Position numbers and translations under genes: made by a program
In this document: positions 40,440 through 50,322 of the stretch, piece after piece
How positions within the stretch are numbered: position 1 is the stretch's first letter
Layout: each line of letters starts with the position of its first letter
Notes under the pieces: generated by a model
Seen by the model: only the letters and a program-made list of their open reading frames with translations
What the model was told of the DNA's origin: nothing
Databases searched by the model: none
DNA from: an uncultured Planctomycetia bacterium
GTDB taxonomy: Bacteria > Planctomycetota > Planctomycetia > Pirellulales > PALSA-1355
Direction of reading: 5' to 3'
Assembly (NCBI GenBank): GCA_963807715.1
Contig: CAWECK010000006.1
Span: forward strand, 27,538 to 91,537
Length of the DNA: 64,000 nucleotides

Positions 40440-41258
40440 TCACGGCTTCGTGCGGACCCAGATATAACCGCGCGACTTTCCAGTGTCGGGATCGGTTCGG
40501 GCCATGCCGGCCACGAGCGTATCGAGCGGAACCCAATACGGCTCGTACCATTTACGATCGGGGTCGAACACCAGGGCCCGCTCGTGCGCGGCGTCGTACG
40601 CGGCCAGGGGAGCGATGTGGCCGGTCTCCCCCTCGGGGTCTTCGGTGAATGCGGCTTGCCAGAACACGACCATTACAAAGTCGTCGTCCGATCGTTCGTT
40701 CTCGATGAGCATCTGCCGAACGCGCTCGCGCAGCCCTTTGTCCTGAGAGTCGACCCGCACCGCTTGCACGTCGTACTTACGGGGGCCGAAAAGCTTCATG
40801 CTCTCTTGCACGTACTCGCCAAGCTCTTCGATGGTAACGCTCTCGCCGTTAGGTCCGACATCATTAGCCCACCGCGGATTACAGACCTGTTTGAGCAGCT
40901 TTTCCTGCGTGATCAACTCATCGGCCGTGGTGAGTTCAACCTGAGAGCGAAGGGCGTTGACCACCATCGTCGCGCTGGCCACCGAACACGCCCGCTCGTT
41001 GAACTGATGCACGTAATAGGGCATTAGGGCCCAAAAATCCGGGGCTTCATGAGTCTGCAAATACTCACGAGCATGAAACAGCCGCACCGCCTGCGAACCG
41101 TACTTGGGCTGGGTCGGAGCCGCAACTTGGGCCTGGGGTTTCCGTTCCTGCGCCACCGCGACCAAAATCGCGCCGGCCAGCAAGCAAACAACACCCGTCA
41201 AGATCCCGACGCCATGGCGCCGCGGCGAAAAAAGACTGACGATCATGATCCTCCCCAT
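40440..41258 (-). CDS. Secreted phytochelatin-synthase-like (papain-fold, PCS/alr0975-type) protein
   Basis: Signal peptide MGRIMIVSLFSPRRHGVGILTGVVCLLAGAILVAVA; catalytic Cys block ACSVASATMVVNALRS; His/Asp block GHIAPLAAYDAAHERALVFDPDRKWYEPYWVPLDTLVAGMARTDPDTGKSRGYIWV. Confidence 0.6.
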   Translation of the reverse strand: MGRIMIVSLFSPRRHGVGILTGVVCLLAGAILVAVAQERKPQAQVAAPTQPKYGSQAVRLFHAREYLQTHEAPDFWALMPYYVHQFNERACSVASATMVVNALRSQVELTTADELITQEKLLKQVCNPRWANDVGPNGESVTIEELGEYVQESMKLFGPRKYDVQAVRVDSQDKGLRERVRQMLIENERSDDDFVMVVFWQAAFTEDPEGETGHIAPLAAYDAAHERALVFDPDRKWYEPYWVPLDTLVAGMARTDPDTGKSRGYIWVRTKP

Positions 41259-43621
41259 GGTTGAAAGCATCTTGCGAGTATAGCCTGCAGCCACATTAGA
41301 CAGGCACATGTCATCACTTTTGTCAGTTTAGTTGGCGGCCAGCAATTATCGAGATTGGAAGACGCCAGGACAAGCAGAACGTTCCCGGTCGATGGCCGCG
41401 GATTTCGAACCAATCCTCCGCAATTGTATGTCATGGATTGGAATGCCCGTCGGCCGGCTGGGCCGTTGCGGCCGAAAATGTCGCCAATGTGGCGGCTAAT
41501 AGAGGCTCCGCGAGCCCCAAAGCCCAGCCTGCGGCCATCACCGCGAGGAGCGGCTGCCAACCGATGTCGGTTGCCACGCTCTGCAGTTCTTGCCCCCACT
41601 GGCCGACGGCAAGTCGCCACTCGCTGCTCGCCGGTAGCGAGCCAGAGGGCATTTTCGCGGATAAATGCCGCGCGGCCGCCCCGGCTCCGGGCTTCGACGA
41701 GCCGAGGATGGCTGCTGTCCAGGGAGAGCCAAATCGTGCCGCCCCGGCTTGCAACGGCCGCTGGCTCGGCCAGTGGATCGTCCGCCCATAAGACCATAAA
41801 ACCGTCGTTGCTGACCGTGCCGGCAACCACCTTAGCGAGCACGCCGGGATCAATCTGGTCTTCTGCTGCCGCTAAGACGGGCTCGGACGGGCCCCGCTTT
41901 GCCGGCGCTTCCCCGGGCGCGACGACGATCGCGACGTCACACTGGTCAAATGCCAACCCTCCCTCGATCATCGTGGCGGCTGAGCTTTCAAATACAGCGG
42001 CCGAGAGCAACGGATGCAACAAGATAGCTCTTTGCCGCTGCGGCCGCGTGCCGGCGACCGATTCCAGGCGGCGCTCGTTGACGTAAACGTCGTCTTGGCT
42101 TGCCGTGCCGACGTAATAACCGGCGGCGCGGAGCAGGCGCGAAACAAGCCCCGTGGTGATTCCGCTTCCTTCGCCGCACACGGCGACCGTCGGGATACGT
42201 CCCGAATTGCCTGCCGGGAACATACTTTGCACGATGACCTCGCCGACGGCCCGCGGTCGCCCGCGTTGCGGTTCCAAGTGCATGCGCAGACCGGGTCCGG
42301 CGTTGACTTCGATCACCACCCCCCCTTGCTCTCGCAGCGGACGAACCAGAGTCGTTGCGATCACATCAATGCCGGCCACGTCCAGGCCGATCACCTGGGC
42401 CGCCAGTACGGCCTGCGCCGCCACGTCGGGATGGACTTCGTCGGTCTCATCCGTGGTAAAGTCTCCATTCGCGTGAATCATCACCGTGGCCCCCGCCCCC
42501 GGGACAGAGTCTGGCCGGTACCCCTGCTGTTCCAGGGTCAGCAACCCCGACGGATCGAGTTCGACCTTGCCCAGCGGGAAGGCGAATTCCAAACCTCGCC
42601 GCGGATCGCGATTCAACAGCTCGACCAACTCGGCAACCGTATGCTGGCCGTCGCCGACGACTTGCTCCGGTTCGCCGCGCGAAACCGCCACCAGTTGGTC
42701 CGCCACGACCAAGAGCCGATGCTCGGCACCGCGTGCCCAACCTTCGACCATGACGCCGTTCCCCTCAATGACAGCCAGTGCGTAGGCCGCCTCGATTTGA
42801 TGGCGCATGCTCAGGTTCAGCGACACGCCGCGGCCGTGATTGGCGTCGCGCGGTTTGACCACCACCGGTAGCCCGATTTCGCGGGCAGCCAGCCAAGCGT
42901 CGTTCGCATCCGTGACGATGCGGCCTTCGGGCACCGGCACGCCCACGGCTCGCAGCAGCGTCTTGGTGAGCTCCTTGTCCTGGGCGATTCCTTCGGCAAT
43001 CGTGCTGGTGCGATCCGTTTCAGCCGTGAAAATCCGCCGCCTATGAATCCCGTGCCCCAATTGCACCAGGCTGCGATCATTCAGCCGGCGCGTGGGAATG
43101 CGCCGCTGATGGGCCGCTTCGACGATACACAGCGTGCTTGGCCCCAGGCAATAGCGGTCTGCAAACGCACGCAAGAGCCCCAACTCGGCTGCGGCGTCGT
43201 ACTCCCCCTGCCCTGCCGCAGCCAGACACATTTTCCGAGCGGACGTGAGCGCGAGCCTGGCCAGCGACTCTTCCTCGAACTCCACGGCGACTCGATAATG
43301 GCCCGGTTTGCCGGTCTCTCGCGTGAATCCGCGTCGCAACGAGGCGCGTCCGCTGGCCGCCCGCTGCAGCCGCAACGTCAGACTTGGTAATAGCTCGACC
43401 AGCGAAAGCCCCGCGTAGGTTTCGAGCCGCGCAGCGTCGGCCTCCACCCGGTCTAAAGGATCCGAAATCAGCGCCATCCATGCCGCCAGTCTGTGCTGAA
43501 AGTGGGGTGCGTTGGCCGAGAGACCGCCGGAGGGTTCTTCCAATTCGACCCAGACTTCGAGCATCGGGCAGGGAGCCCAAACATTGGGTCCCCAGAGTGC
43601 AACGACTTTCCACAGTTCCAT
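41243..43621 (-). CDS. cphA: Cyanophycin synthetase (CphA-like: N-domain, ATP-grasp G-domain, Mur-ligase-like M-domain); C-terminal ~100 aa frameshifted (continues in frame of ORF 41431..41853)
   Basis: MELWKVVALWGPNVWAPCPMLEVWVELEE (CphA N-terminus), LGPSTLCIVEAAHQRRIPTRRLNDRSLVQLGHGIHRRRI, ATP-grasp GLPVVVKPRDANHGRGVSLNL...RLLVVADQLVAVSRGEP, GLDVAGIDVI...VIEVNAGPGLRMH, M-domain RIPTVAVCGEGSGITTG (P-loop Lys replaced), ...EWRLAVGQWGQELQSVATDIGWQPLLAVMAAGWALG in alternative frame. Confidence 0.65.
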   Translation of the reverse strand: MELWKVVALWGPNVWAPCPMLEVWVELEEPSGGLSANAPHFQHRLAAWMALISDPLDRVEADAARLETYAGLSLVELLPSLTLRLQRAASGRASLRRGFTRETGKPGHYRVAVEFEEESLARLALTSARKMCLAAAGQGEYDAAAELGLLRAFADRYCLGPSTLCIVEAAHQRRIPTRRLNDRSLVQLGHGIHRRRIFTAETDRTSTIAEGIAQDKELTKTLLRAVGVPVPEGRIVTDANDAWLAAREIGLPVVVKPRDANHGRGVSLNLSMRHQIEAAYALAVIEGNGVMVEGWARGAEHRLLVVADQLVAVSRGEPEQVVGDGQHTVAELVELLNRDPRRGLEFAFPLGKVELDPSGLLTLEQQGYRPDSVPGAGATVMIHANGDFTTDETDEVHPDVAAQAVLAAQVIGLDVAGIDVIATTLVRPLREQGGVVIEVNAGPGLRMHLEPQRGRPRAVGEVIVQSMFPAGNSGRIPTVAVCGEGSGITTGLVSRLLRAAGYYVGTASQDDVYVNERRLESVAGTRPQRQRAILLHPLLSAAVFESSAATMIEGGLAFDQCDVAIVVAPGEAPAKRGPSEPVLAAAEDQIDPGVLAKVVAGTVSNDGFMVLWADDPLAEPAAVASRGGTIWLSLDSSHPRLVEARSRGGRAAFIRENALWLATGEQRVATCRRPVGARTAERGNRHRLAAAPRGDGRRLGFGARGASISRHIGDIFGRNGPAGRRAFQSMTYNCGGLVRNPRPSTGNVLLVLASSNLDNCWPPTKLTKVMTCACLMWLQAILARCFQPWGGS

Positions 43622-44497
43622 ATTGCCGCCTATCGCGAGAGCACCGGCGGCAGATACGCCCGCGTAGGAACACACCTCGGCCGCCACGGTCACTGCTTGC
43701 CGGTTTATTTCGTCGAGCTTCCAACCACTCAGCAAGCCAACGGTCATGGCAGCCGTGAAAGCGTCGCCGGCGCCGATGGTGTCGCGGACTTCCACCTTGA
43801 TGCCAGGATGCTCCGAGAACTCGCCTTGCGCATAGAGTAGGCTGCCCTTGGAGCCTCGCGTCAGCGCCACTAGGCGGAGGTCGAAGCGGGCGGCCAATTG
43901 CGCGAGCAAATCCGGGGTTGAGCCAGACAGGCCAAGCATGGCCGCCAACACCGGTAGTTCCTCGTCGTTGACCTTCATGACGTTGGCCGTTGCCAGCGAA
44001 TGCTCGATGACGTCTCGCGAGTAAAAGTCTTGCCGGAGGTTGATGTCGAAAATTCGCAAGGCGTCCAGCCGAGTCGCCGACAGGTGCGTCTGACACGACC
44101 GCCGTGCCACTGCGCTTCGCTGCCCGAGCGTGCCGAAACAGACCGCATCGGCTTGACGCACGGCCGCGAGCCCGGCAGTTTCCACGGTCAGATTGTCCCA
44201 CGCGACATTTTGATGGATCGTGAACCGGTGCAAGCCACCCGGCAGCAGATCCACCGAAACAGTTCCGGTGGGTGCGGCCGGATCGATGGATACGGTATCC
44301 GTCGGGATGCCGAGCTCCGTCAGACGCCGCAGAATCTCCTGGCCCAAGGCATCGTTACCCACGCGGGTAATCAGCCGCGTGTCCGCACCCAAGAGCTTGG
44401 CGTGGCAGGCGAAATTGGCCGGGTCGCCCCCCATTTGCCGTCCCGAGGGGAGCAGGTCCCACAAGATCTCGCCGATGGCTAAAATTCTAAACGTCAT
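43622..44497 (-). CDS. PfkB-family carbohydrate/ribokinase-like kinase, in-frame and contiguous with cphA (no stop codon between them)
   Basis: MTFRILAIGEILWDLLPSG...; PfkB signature DTIGAGDAFTAAMTVGLLSG; reading frame runs ...AGALAIGGN-MELWK... directly into CphA. Confidence 0.6.
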
Positions 44498-44586
44498 AAA
44501 TAGGTTTGCGGCGTGCAAGCTCGGCGGAACATTACGAATTTCAATAATTTAGCCTTAGTTGACCGCAAACGCAAAGATGTGAAGCC

Positions 44587-44652
44587 GTAGGTCAGGCACT
44601 CCTGTGCCTGACATTGCTTAACGGTTGTCAGGCACGGGAGTGCCTGACCTAC
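44587..44652. repeat. 66-bp near-perfect palindrome made of two inverted REP/MITE-like hairpin units separated by 14 bp
   Basis: GTAGGTCAGGCACTCCTGTGCCTGACA ttgcttaacggttg TGTCAGGCACGGGAGTGCCTGACCTAC; same hairpin units as the ones bracketing the IS630 locus. Confidence 0.6.
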
Positions 44653-44730
44653 TACTTGGAACCCGTGATTTCGCAGGCTATGCTGATCGCACTCGTCCCA
44701 CGAGTCCCCGTCGCCAGAGTCGGAGTGAAC

Positions 44731-45414
44731 ATGAATCATCAGCGCATGCGTTTGGACCAATTGCCAACCCACTTGATCGACAGGTCGAACAGCGTCGTGA
44801 CGGCTCGCAGCCTAGTCGAAGAAACCGAGCACAACATCGAGGATCTGCTGTTGTGTCTGGAAGCCTTGCGGGGCGAGGACGTCCCGCATATCGGCTGGGA
44901 CTGGAATGAGAAGCAGTGGCAGCCCGAACTCATCAGCAACGACGACTATCCGCAGTGCTATCGCCATTTGACGCCTGGCGGCGGGATCGACTATCACGTG
45001 ATCTGGTCTGTGCCCCTTTGCCGCCGCGACCAAACCCGCGACTGGCGCGACGCCGAGCGTTACTTCCAGGGGATCGGCCGGCAGGTGTTATTGTTCGAGT
45101 ACAAACTGTCGACCGATCCGGTGGACGGTCCGGTTCCCGGCCTGCGAGCGGCCGCCAGCCTGACGGATCGCCCAGCACGCATGCTTGGCGATTCGCTCAG
45201 CGTTTCGTTGGGCCTGTACGAGGGTGTGCCGTTGCGGCGAGTCACGTCGAGCGAATCGGGCAATAAGATCAAGGTCGATTTGCCGCTGCTCATATCCTTG
45301 GCGGAATCGATCGACGGCTTGAAGAACTACCTGGCGCTGGAGAAACAGGCCGTCGCCGTGCTTCAGCGGCGCAGTCAACGCCTCAAAGAGCGCGACCTGC
45401 ATACCAACGAGTGA
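44731..45414 (+). CDS. Hypothetical protein
   Basis: ORF 44614..45414 trimmed to first Met outside the palindrome (MNHQRMRLDQLPTHLIDRS...); no recognised domain. Confidence 0.3.
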   Translation: MNHQRMRLDQLPTHLIDRSNSVVTARSLVEETEHNIEDLLLCLEALRGEDVPHIGWDWNEKQWQPELISNDDYPQCYRHLTPGGGIDYHVIWSVPLCRRDQTRDWRDAERYFQGIGRQVLLFEYKLSTDPVDGPVPGLRAAASLTDRPARMLGDSLSVSLGLYEGVPLRRVTSSESGNKIKVDLPLLISLAESIDGLKNYLALEKQAVAVLQRRSQRLKERDLHTNE

Positions 45415-45439
45415 CCCTTAGCCGGCTGTTGAAGAACTC

Positions 45440-46481
45440 TTAGCGCTGCTTGAGTCGTTCCTGTTTCGGTCGACGCGGCGCCACATTCACTTCGCGGGGC
45501 GTCGTCGCCGGCTCGGTGGAAGCTGTTGCTTCCCCTTGCCCCGACGCCCACGCCAAGACGCCGCGCACGACCACAGGCGGCACAAAGGCCAGGTTGCCCA
45601 CAAGCATGACAATGCCGAAGGTCATCATGCCCAAGCACACTCCAATTCCCAGATGCAGTGGCACCGCCAACGCCAGCATCCACGGACGCAAGCGATGTGG
45701 CCAGATCAAGGCACAATAATACACTTCCCAGAGAATCGTCAGATGTGTCAGGAAATTGACGGTGCGCGGCCAGTGGGCCAGCCAGGTCATATCCAACGAT
45801 TGATATTCCAAACTGGCGAACGCCTGCCACATGGCCGTGCCATCCCACCAGCTCGGGCCCATGAGCTTCGACGTGCCGGCAAAGGCATAGATCACGCACA
45901 TGTGAAGTTGAATCAGCCGGATGGCGATGTTGGCTCCCACGCTGGGCTGAATGGTCGGCAGCACCCGGCCGAACTTCGCAGCTTGCCGGCTGAGCCAGAG
46001 GCGATCGAGCGAATAAGCGGCTCCACACGGCCCGACGGCCAGGTACATCGCCAACAGCAAGTTGATCTGGTCGAGACCAAACAACGCCCCCGGCGGCGCG
46101 ACCGATGTATCCCAACACCGCCACCAGCGCCAACACCGAAACGACCCGACTGAACAGCCCGATGGTCAGCAGAACAAAGACCATCAGCGCCGCGATGTGG
46201 ATGGTCCACAGCCAGATCGGCGAGGAAGACAACCAGAAAAAGCTCCAAGCGTAGCTGCGCCTCTGCAGCAAACCGACCGCGCCGGCCGACAACCAACCGT
46301 TGGGCCCGAAGAACGCCACCAGATCGAGCGACCAGATGAGATGCGTGTAGAACAGCATCCCACCTCCCAGGATCCGGATCAGGCCCAGCGTGGCCGGATC
46401 CGCGGGCCGAAACCAAAAACCATTCCAACCCGCCACGGCGTCGCGAAGGTTGCGCAGCACATAAGTGAACACCGGTGGCAC
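45440..46481 (-). CDS. HTTM (vitamin-K-dependent gamma-carboxylase-like) domain membrane protein; one apparent frameshift near 46090
   Basis: N-part GWNGFWFRPADPATLGLIRILGGGMLFYTHLIW... (ORF 45375..46481), C-part LIQLHMCVIYAFAGTSKLMGPSWWDGTAMWQAF... (ORF 45440..46084). Confidence 0.5.
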
Positions 46482-46483
46482 GC

Positions 46484-47074
46484 TCAGTCCTCTTGGAACT
46501 TGCCGATCAGCTTTTCTTCGTACAATGATGCATCGGTCAACTGCATGCCGCCACGAACTTCGGCCATCGTCGGCAACCGATGCCTGCGCATGTACAGCGA
46601 GACCTCGCGGGCATGGTTTTCATGTGCCAAGTGTCGGGCGTAGCTCTCGGCGTAGGCTTCGGACATTTCCGGCGGTGCGCCTGGAGCGTCTAAAGAATTC
46701 AGGAATTCGGTCAGCATGAAATGGCGGTGATAGCGTAATCGCGGCCGTTGGCTGCTCTTGTCGGGCAGCACGCCGCCGCCGCGCGTACCGTCCGCCAGTT
46801 CAAATTCATAACGGAGCAAATGGCTGGGGCCTGGCTCCGGGGCAAAAAAGCGGTAGCCGTTGTTCAAAGCCAGCGCTTCCATGTAGGGCTGCAGCGACCC
46901 AAAGCATGTGTCCGCCAGCGTCGAGTGCAGGGGGGCGAAGGCCCACGGCCCGGCGACCACGGCGAGCAAGTGCATGATCAAAAGCGCGCTGATCAAGAGG
47001 CGCCAGCCGGGCTTGAGCGACCCATTCGGCGCGGTGGCAGCGATCGATTCATTTTGCGCAGGTGTTGCCATCAT
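46484..47074 (-). CDS. Hypothetical single-pass membrane protein, likely co-transcribed partner of the HTTM protein
   Basis: Start MMATPAQNESIAA; one TM (WRLLISALLIMHLLAVVAGPWAF); 3-nt gap to HTTM gene. Confidence 0.4.
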   Translation of the reverse strand: MMATPAQNESIAATAPNGSLKPGWRLLISALLIMHLLAVVAGPWAFAPLHSTLADTCFGSLQPYMEALALNNGYRFFAPEPGPSHLLRYEFELADGTRGGGVLPDKSSQRPRLRYHRHFMLTEFLNSLDAPGAPPEMSEAYAESYARHLAHENHAREVSLYMRRHRLPTMAEVRGGMQLTDASLYEEKLIGKFQED

Positions 47075-47338
47075 GGGGTCAATATCGGTCCGGCAGGCCG
47101 TTAAAGTCAAATATCCGCAGTCACGCGGCATGCCCGCAATAACGCGCACAAATAACCGTCCCCGAATGGCCCAGCAAGTAGTTCCTGGCGTCCGACTGGG
47201 GCCCCCGGTGCGTCCTTGCGGTTAATAACTATTACGCCGATTGCCGTTTCGCAGCCTAATACGCCGTGCCGCGGAGCATCGCGCGAAACGCCACGCACGT
47301 GGTGATTGTCAAATAAAGTAGCTCTGTCAAACAAAAAA

Positions 47339-47368
47339 CCCTCGCCGCGGAGTTAACCGTGGCGAGGG
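47339..47368 (-). terminator. Rho-independent terminator for the TIGR03000 gene (minus strand)
   Basis: CCCTCGCCGCGG agttaa CCGTGGCGAGGG 12-bp stem, on minus strand followed by TTTTTTGTTT. Confidence 0.55.
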
Positions 47369-47438
47369 CTCAAAACTGATTAACCGCATGGGCGTGTTAA
47401 ACACAAGGTCGCGTCAGACACAAAGTCGCGTCAGTTGC

Positions 47439-48524
47439 TTAGCGAGCCGCCGTCACGGAATTCACGTTGGCCACGGATTCGTCGCCGAACTCAAACGACA
47501 ACTCACGTGAGTCGCCGGCCTGGAGCGACAACTTCTGCTCACGAGTCACGACCTTGCCATTGATCTCCACTTCAGCACGAACGGTGTAGTTGTTCCACTG
47601 GTTCCCCGGAGCCAAACGGCTGGTCGAAAACTCACGCACTTCGCCGGTCCCAGGAGCTTCCTGGCCAGCCAGGAACACGCGGGCACCAGCCGGCACGTGC
47701 ACGGTCACCTTCGTGACGACCGGGCTCGTAGCCTGCAGTTCGCTTTCGCCGTTCAGGCTGAAGGCCAAGTCGGCCACGTCGCCAGCCGTCAAACTGACGG
47801 TCTTGACGTCGGACACGGTCTTGCCGTTCACGTCCAGCTCGGCCCGCACTTCATAAGTGTAGCGGGAACCGACAACCAGGCCGCGCGAAATGAACTGGCG
47901 TTCGATGCCGGTGCTGGTGGTCAGGTGACCGTTCACGAACACCTTGGCCTCTGCCGGCACTTTAACCGTCAGCATGACGCTGTCGCCATTGGAAGTCGAA
48001 TGAATCGTGGTGCTGCCGTCGGCCGGAGCCTTGTCGCTCGGCGCAGGCTCGGAAGGACCCGGGCCCGGCTGAGTCGGAGCCATCGGCGGGGTAACCGGCA
48101 TGGCATTCTGGACAGGAGCACCCGGAGCGATGATTGTGCCGGGCGCGGCCCAACCACCGCTGCTACCGCCACTCGAGCCACCACTGGAACCGTAGCTGAC
48201 GTACCCACCCGACGAACCGCCGGATGAGCCGCCCGACGAACCGTATCCGTAACCGCCATACGAACCCCATGAGCCGGAATAGCCGCCCATGTACCGCCCG
48301 TACCAGCCTCCGCTCGAACCGTACGAACCCGAGCTGCCGCCCGACGAGCCCCAGCTACCACCCGACGAGCCCCAGCTACCACCCGATGAACCGCAGCTGC
48401 CGTAGCCGGAGCCCCAATAGCCGCGATGATGGTGATGCCAGCCCGCCTCGGCTTGAGCCGCGAAGGCCAAGCAGCCAATGACAATGGCACCGGCGATCAG
48501 CGTCCGAAAATTCGTCAACAACAT
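47439..48524 (-). CDS. Secreted Gly/Ser/Tyr-rich protein with two C-terminal planctomycete TIGR03000 domains
   Basis: Signal peptide MLLTNFRTLIAGAIVIGCLAFAAQA; HHHH; GS/GY low-complexity; duplicated module VKVPAEAKVFVNGHLTTSTGIERQFIS..L..G.RYTYEVRAEL / VHVPAGARVFLAGQEAPGTGEVREFSTSRLAPGNQWNNYTVRAEV. Confidence 0.65.
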   Translation of the reverse strand: MLLTNFRTLIAGAIVIGCLAFAAQAEAGWHHHHRGYWGSGYGSCGSSGGSWGSSGGSWGSSGGSSGSYGSSGGWYGRYMGGYSGSWGSYGGYGYGSSGGSSGGSSGGYVSYGSSGGSSGGSSGGWAAPGTIIAPGAPVQNAMPVTPPMAPTQPGPGPSEPAPSDKAPADGSTTIHSTSNGDSVMLTVKVPAEAKVFVNGHLTTSTGIERQFISRGLVVGSRYTYEVRAELDVNGKTVSDVKTVSLTAGDVADLAFSLNGESELQATSPVVTKVTVHVPAGARVFLAGQEAPGTGEVREFSTSRLAPGNQWNNYTVRAEVEINGKVVTREQKLSLQAGDSRELSFEFGDESVANVNSVTAAR

Positions 48525-48879
48525 GTCTTTTTTTCTCCCCGTTTAGGATCCCATAGTCGGACTTTTCCCACACGAACATACCAACAATAGCATGGAAATC
48601 AAGCAATATGGGGGCTTTTTTACGATTAGGACAAATAGGAGTGGTTGCTTCTTAAGTTGTTTTAAATAATGCATTTATGTCACGAAAGTGGTGTTTTATA
48701 GGCATAATTTCTGGATCTGGTAGCGGTTGCTCGCATCCGGTCGTGGCGAAAATGCCCCCTTTGGACCCGCCGGGAGGACAAGCAAGAATCATGACCTGTT
48801 GGGCAAGTGCCTAACTCAAAAACACGCCTAGGAAACTTGCACTTGGGAGGTAACGGTCGGCGCTCCTACAATTGCCGCC

Positions 48880-50037
48880 ATGCTAACCACCTTGGATACT
48901 GCCGCCAGAAAAAGTCGAACAGGCTCGCTCCGGCACGTACCCTGGTCGGTAGTGACGCTGGCGGCAGCTCTGGTGCTCGCTGGCTGGCTGGGAATCGCCC
49001 GTAGCGAAGAGCTAGCCGCGACATCGGGCCGCTATCTGGCTAGACAGATTGTCTGGTCGGTCTTATTCGTGGTTGTAATGGCGGCGGCCACCCTGCCCAA
49101 CTACCGGCGGCTGACTCGCTGGAGTTACGTGGCGTTTGCCTTGTCGATTGTGTTGCTCACCGCCGTTTACGCGTTTCCGCCGGTGAACGGCGCTCAGCGC
49201 TGGATTCGCTGGGGCCCGATCGGCATCCAACCGTCGGAATTTGCCAAGCCGGCGTTTGTGCTGGGCCTGGCCCGTTATCTGATGCACCGCGACAGTTATC
49301 GTCGTCTGTCGGGACTGGCGGTTCCGCTGGTGCTGGTGTTTGTGCCGATGCTGCTGGTGCTGAAGGAGCCTGATTTGGGTACGGCACTCGTCTTTTTGCC
49401 GGTACTGTTTGTCATGCTCTTTGCGGCTGGCGCACGCTGGCAGCAGCTAGCCCTATTAGTGTGTGCCGCTCTGCTGGTAACGCCAATTTTGTGGTCGCAA
49501 ATGAGTCGTGAACAGCGATCGCGAATCACGGCGCTGGCCGAACAGACGGGAGGCGGCGGAAAGCCCACCGACGATGGCTACCATCTCAGTCAAGCCAAGC
49601 AACTGATGGCGTTGGGGGGCGCGTGGGGCAGCCTCGTCTCCGGTGAGGCCGTCGCCGATCGCTCCGCCTATTTCGTTCCGGAGGCGCGCACCGACTCGAT
49701 CGTCAGCGTGCTGATCGAACGCTACGGACTGTGGGGACTGGCCGTTCTCTTAACGCTATTCGCCCTGTTGGTGTGGCGCGGGCTGGCAATTGCCGAAGCT
49801 ACGCGCGACCCCTTCGGACGTCTGCTGGCCATCGGCGTGGCAACTCTGATCGCCGTGCAGGCGATCATCAATACCGGGATGATGGTCGGATTGCTCCCCA
49901 TCACAGGACTCGCGCTGCCGCTGGTGAGCTATGGAGGCTCGAGCCTGCTGGCGAATGGGCTCGCGCTGGGTTTATTAATCAACGTGGGCCTGCGGCCGGG
50001 CTACGAGATCTCCAAAGATCCCTTCCGCTTCACATAA
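48880..50037 (+). CDS. SEDS-family peptidoglycan glycosyltransferase (RodA/FtsW-like)
   Basis: Intact 385 aa, 10 TM; SEDS motifs IQPSEFAKPAFVLGLARYL and PLVSYGGSSLLANGLALGLLINV. Confidence 0.75.
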   Translation: MLTTLDTAARKSRTGSLRHVPWSVVTLAAALVLAGWLGIARSEELAATSGRYLARQIVWSVLFVVVMAAATLPNYRRLTRWSYVAFALSIVLLTAVYAFPPVNGAQRWIRWGPIGIQPSEFAKPAFVLGLARYLMHRDSYRRLSGLAVPLVLVFVPMLLVLKEPDLGTALVFLPVLFVMLFAAGARWQQLALLVCAALLVTPILWSQMSREQRSRITALAEQTGGGGKPTDDGYHLSQAKQLMALGGAWGSLVSGEAVADRSAYFVPEARTDSIVSVLIERYGLWGLAVLLTLFALLVWRGLAIAEATRDPFGRLLAIGVATLIAVQAIINTGMMVGLLPITGLALPLVSYGGSSLLANGLALGLLINVGLRPGYEISKDPFRFT

Positions 50038-50322
50038 ACTTTCCAATACCCACCGTGCCAATATCGGCTTTTGTTTTATATTGGCAACTCACGGGTTTGT
50101 TAGGCTTTCATTAAGGCGGACCGGGGCAATTTGACCGTTTTCGACGCGGCCCTTAAACTCATAGCCAGGCGTGATGCCGTTGAAGTCTGAGTCGCCGGCC
50201 GGCTCATTCCGCATGCGAATTCAGCGGGAGGATCCATCCTCCCCGAACGCGGTACGGCAGTCTTTCGCCGCAAGCCACACCTTGAGACCGTTGTTTTACG
50301 GGTGCAATAAGGATCGCCGTAA

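Noticed and set aside
43077-44201. 374-aa minus-strand ORF and several 80-120-aa ORFs across 41355..44552
   Set aside because: Alternative frames over PfkB-cphA; Arg-rich. Exception: 41431..41853(-), whose C-terminal part matches the CphA C-terminus and is interpreted as frameshifted continuation.
45536-46643. Plus-strand ORFs 45536..46153 and 46062..46643
   Set aside because: Antisense to the HTTM gene and its partner; His/Arg/Gln-rich junk.
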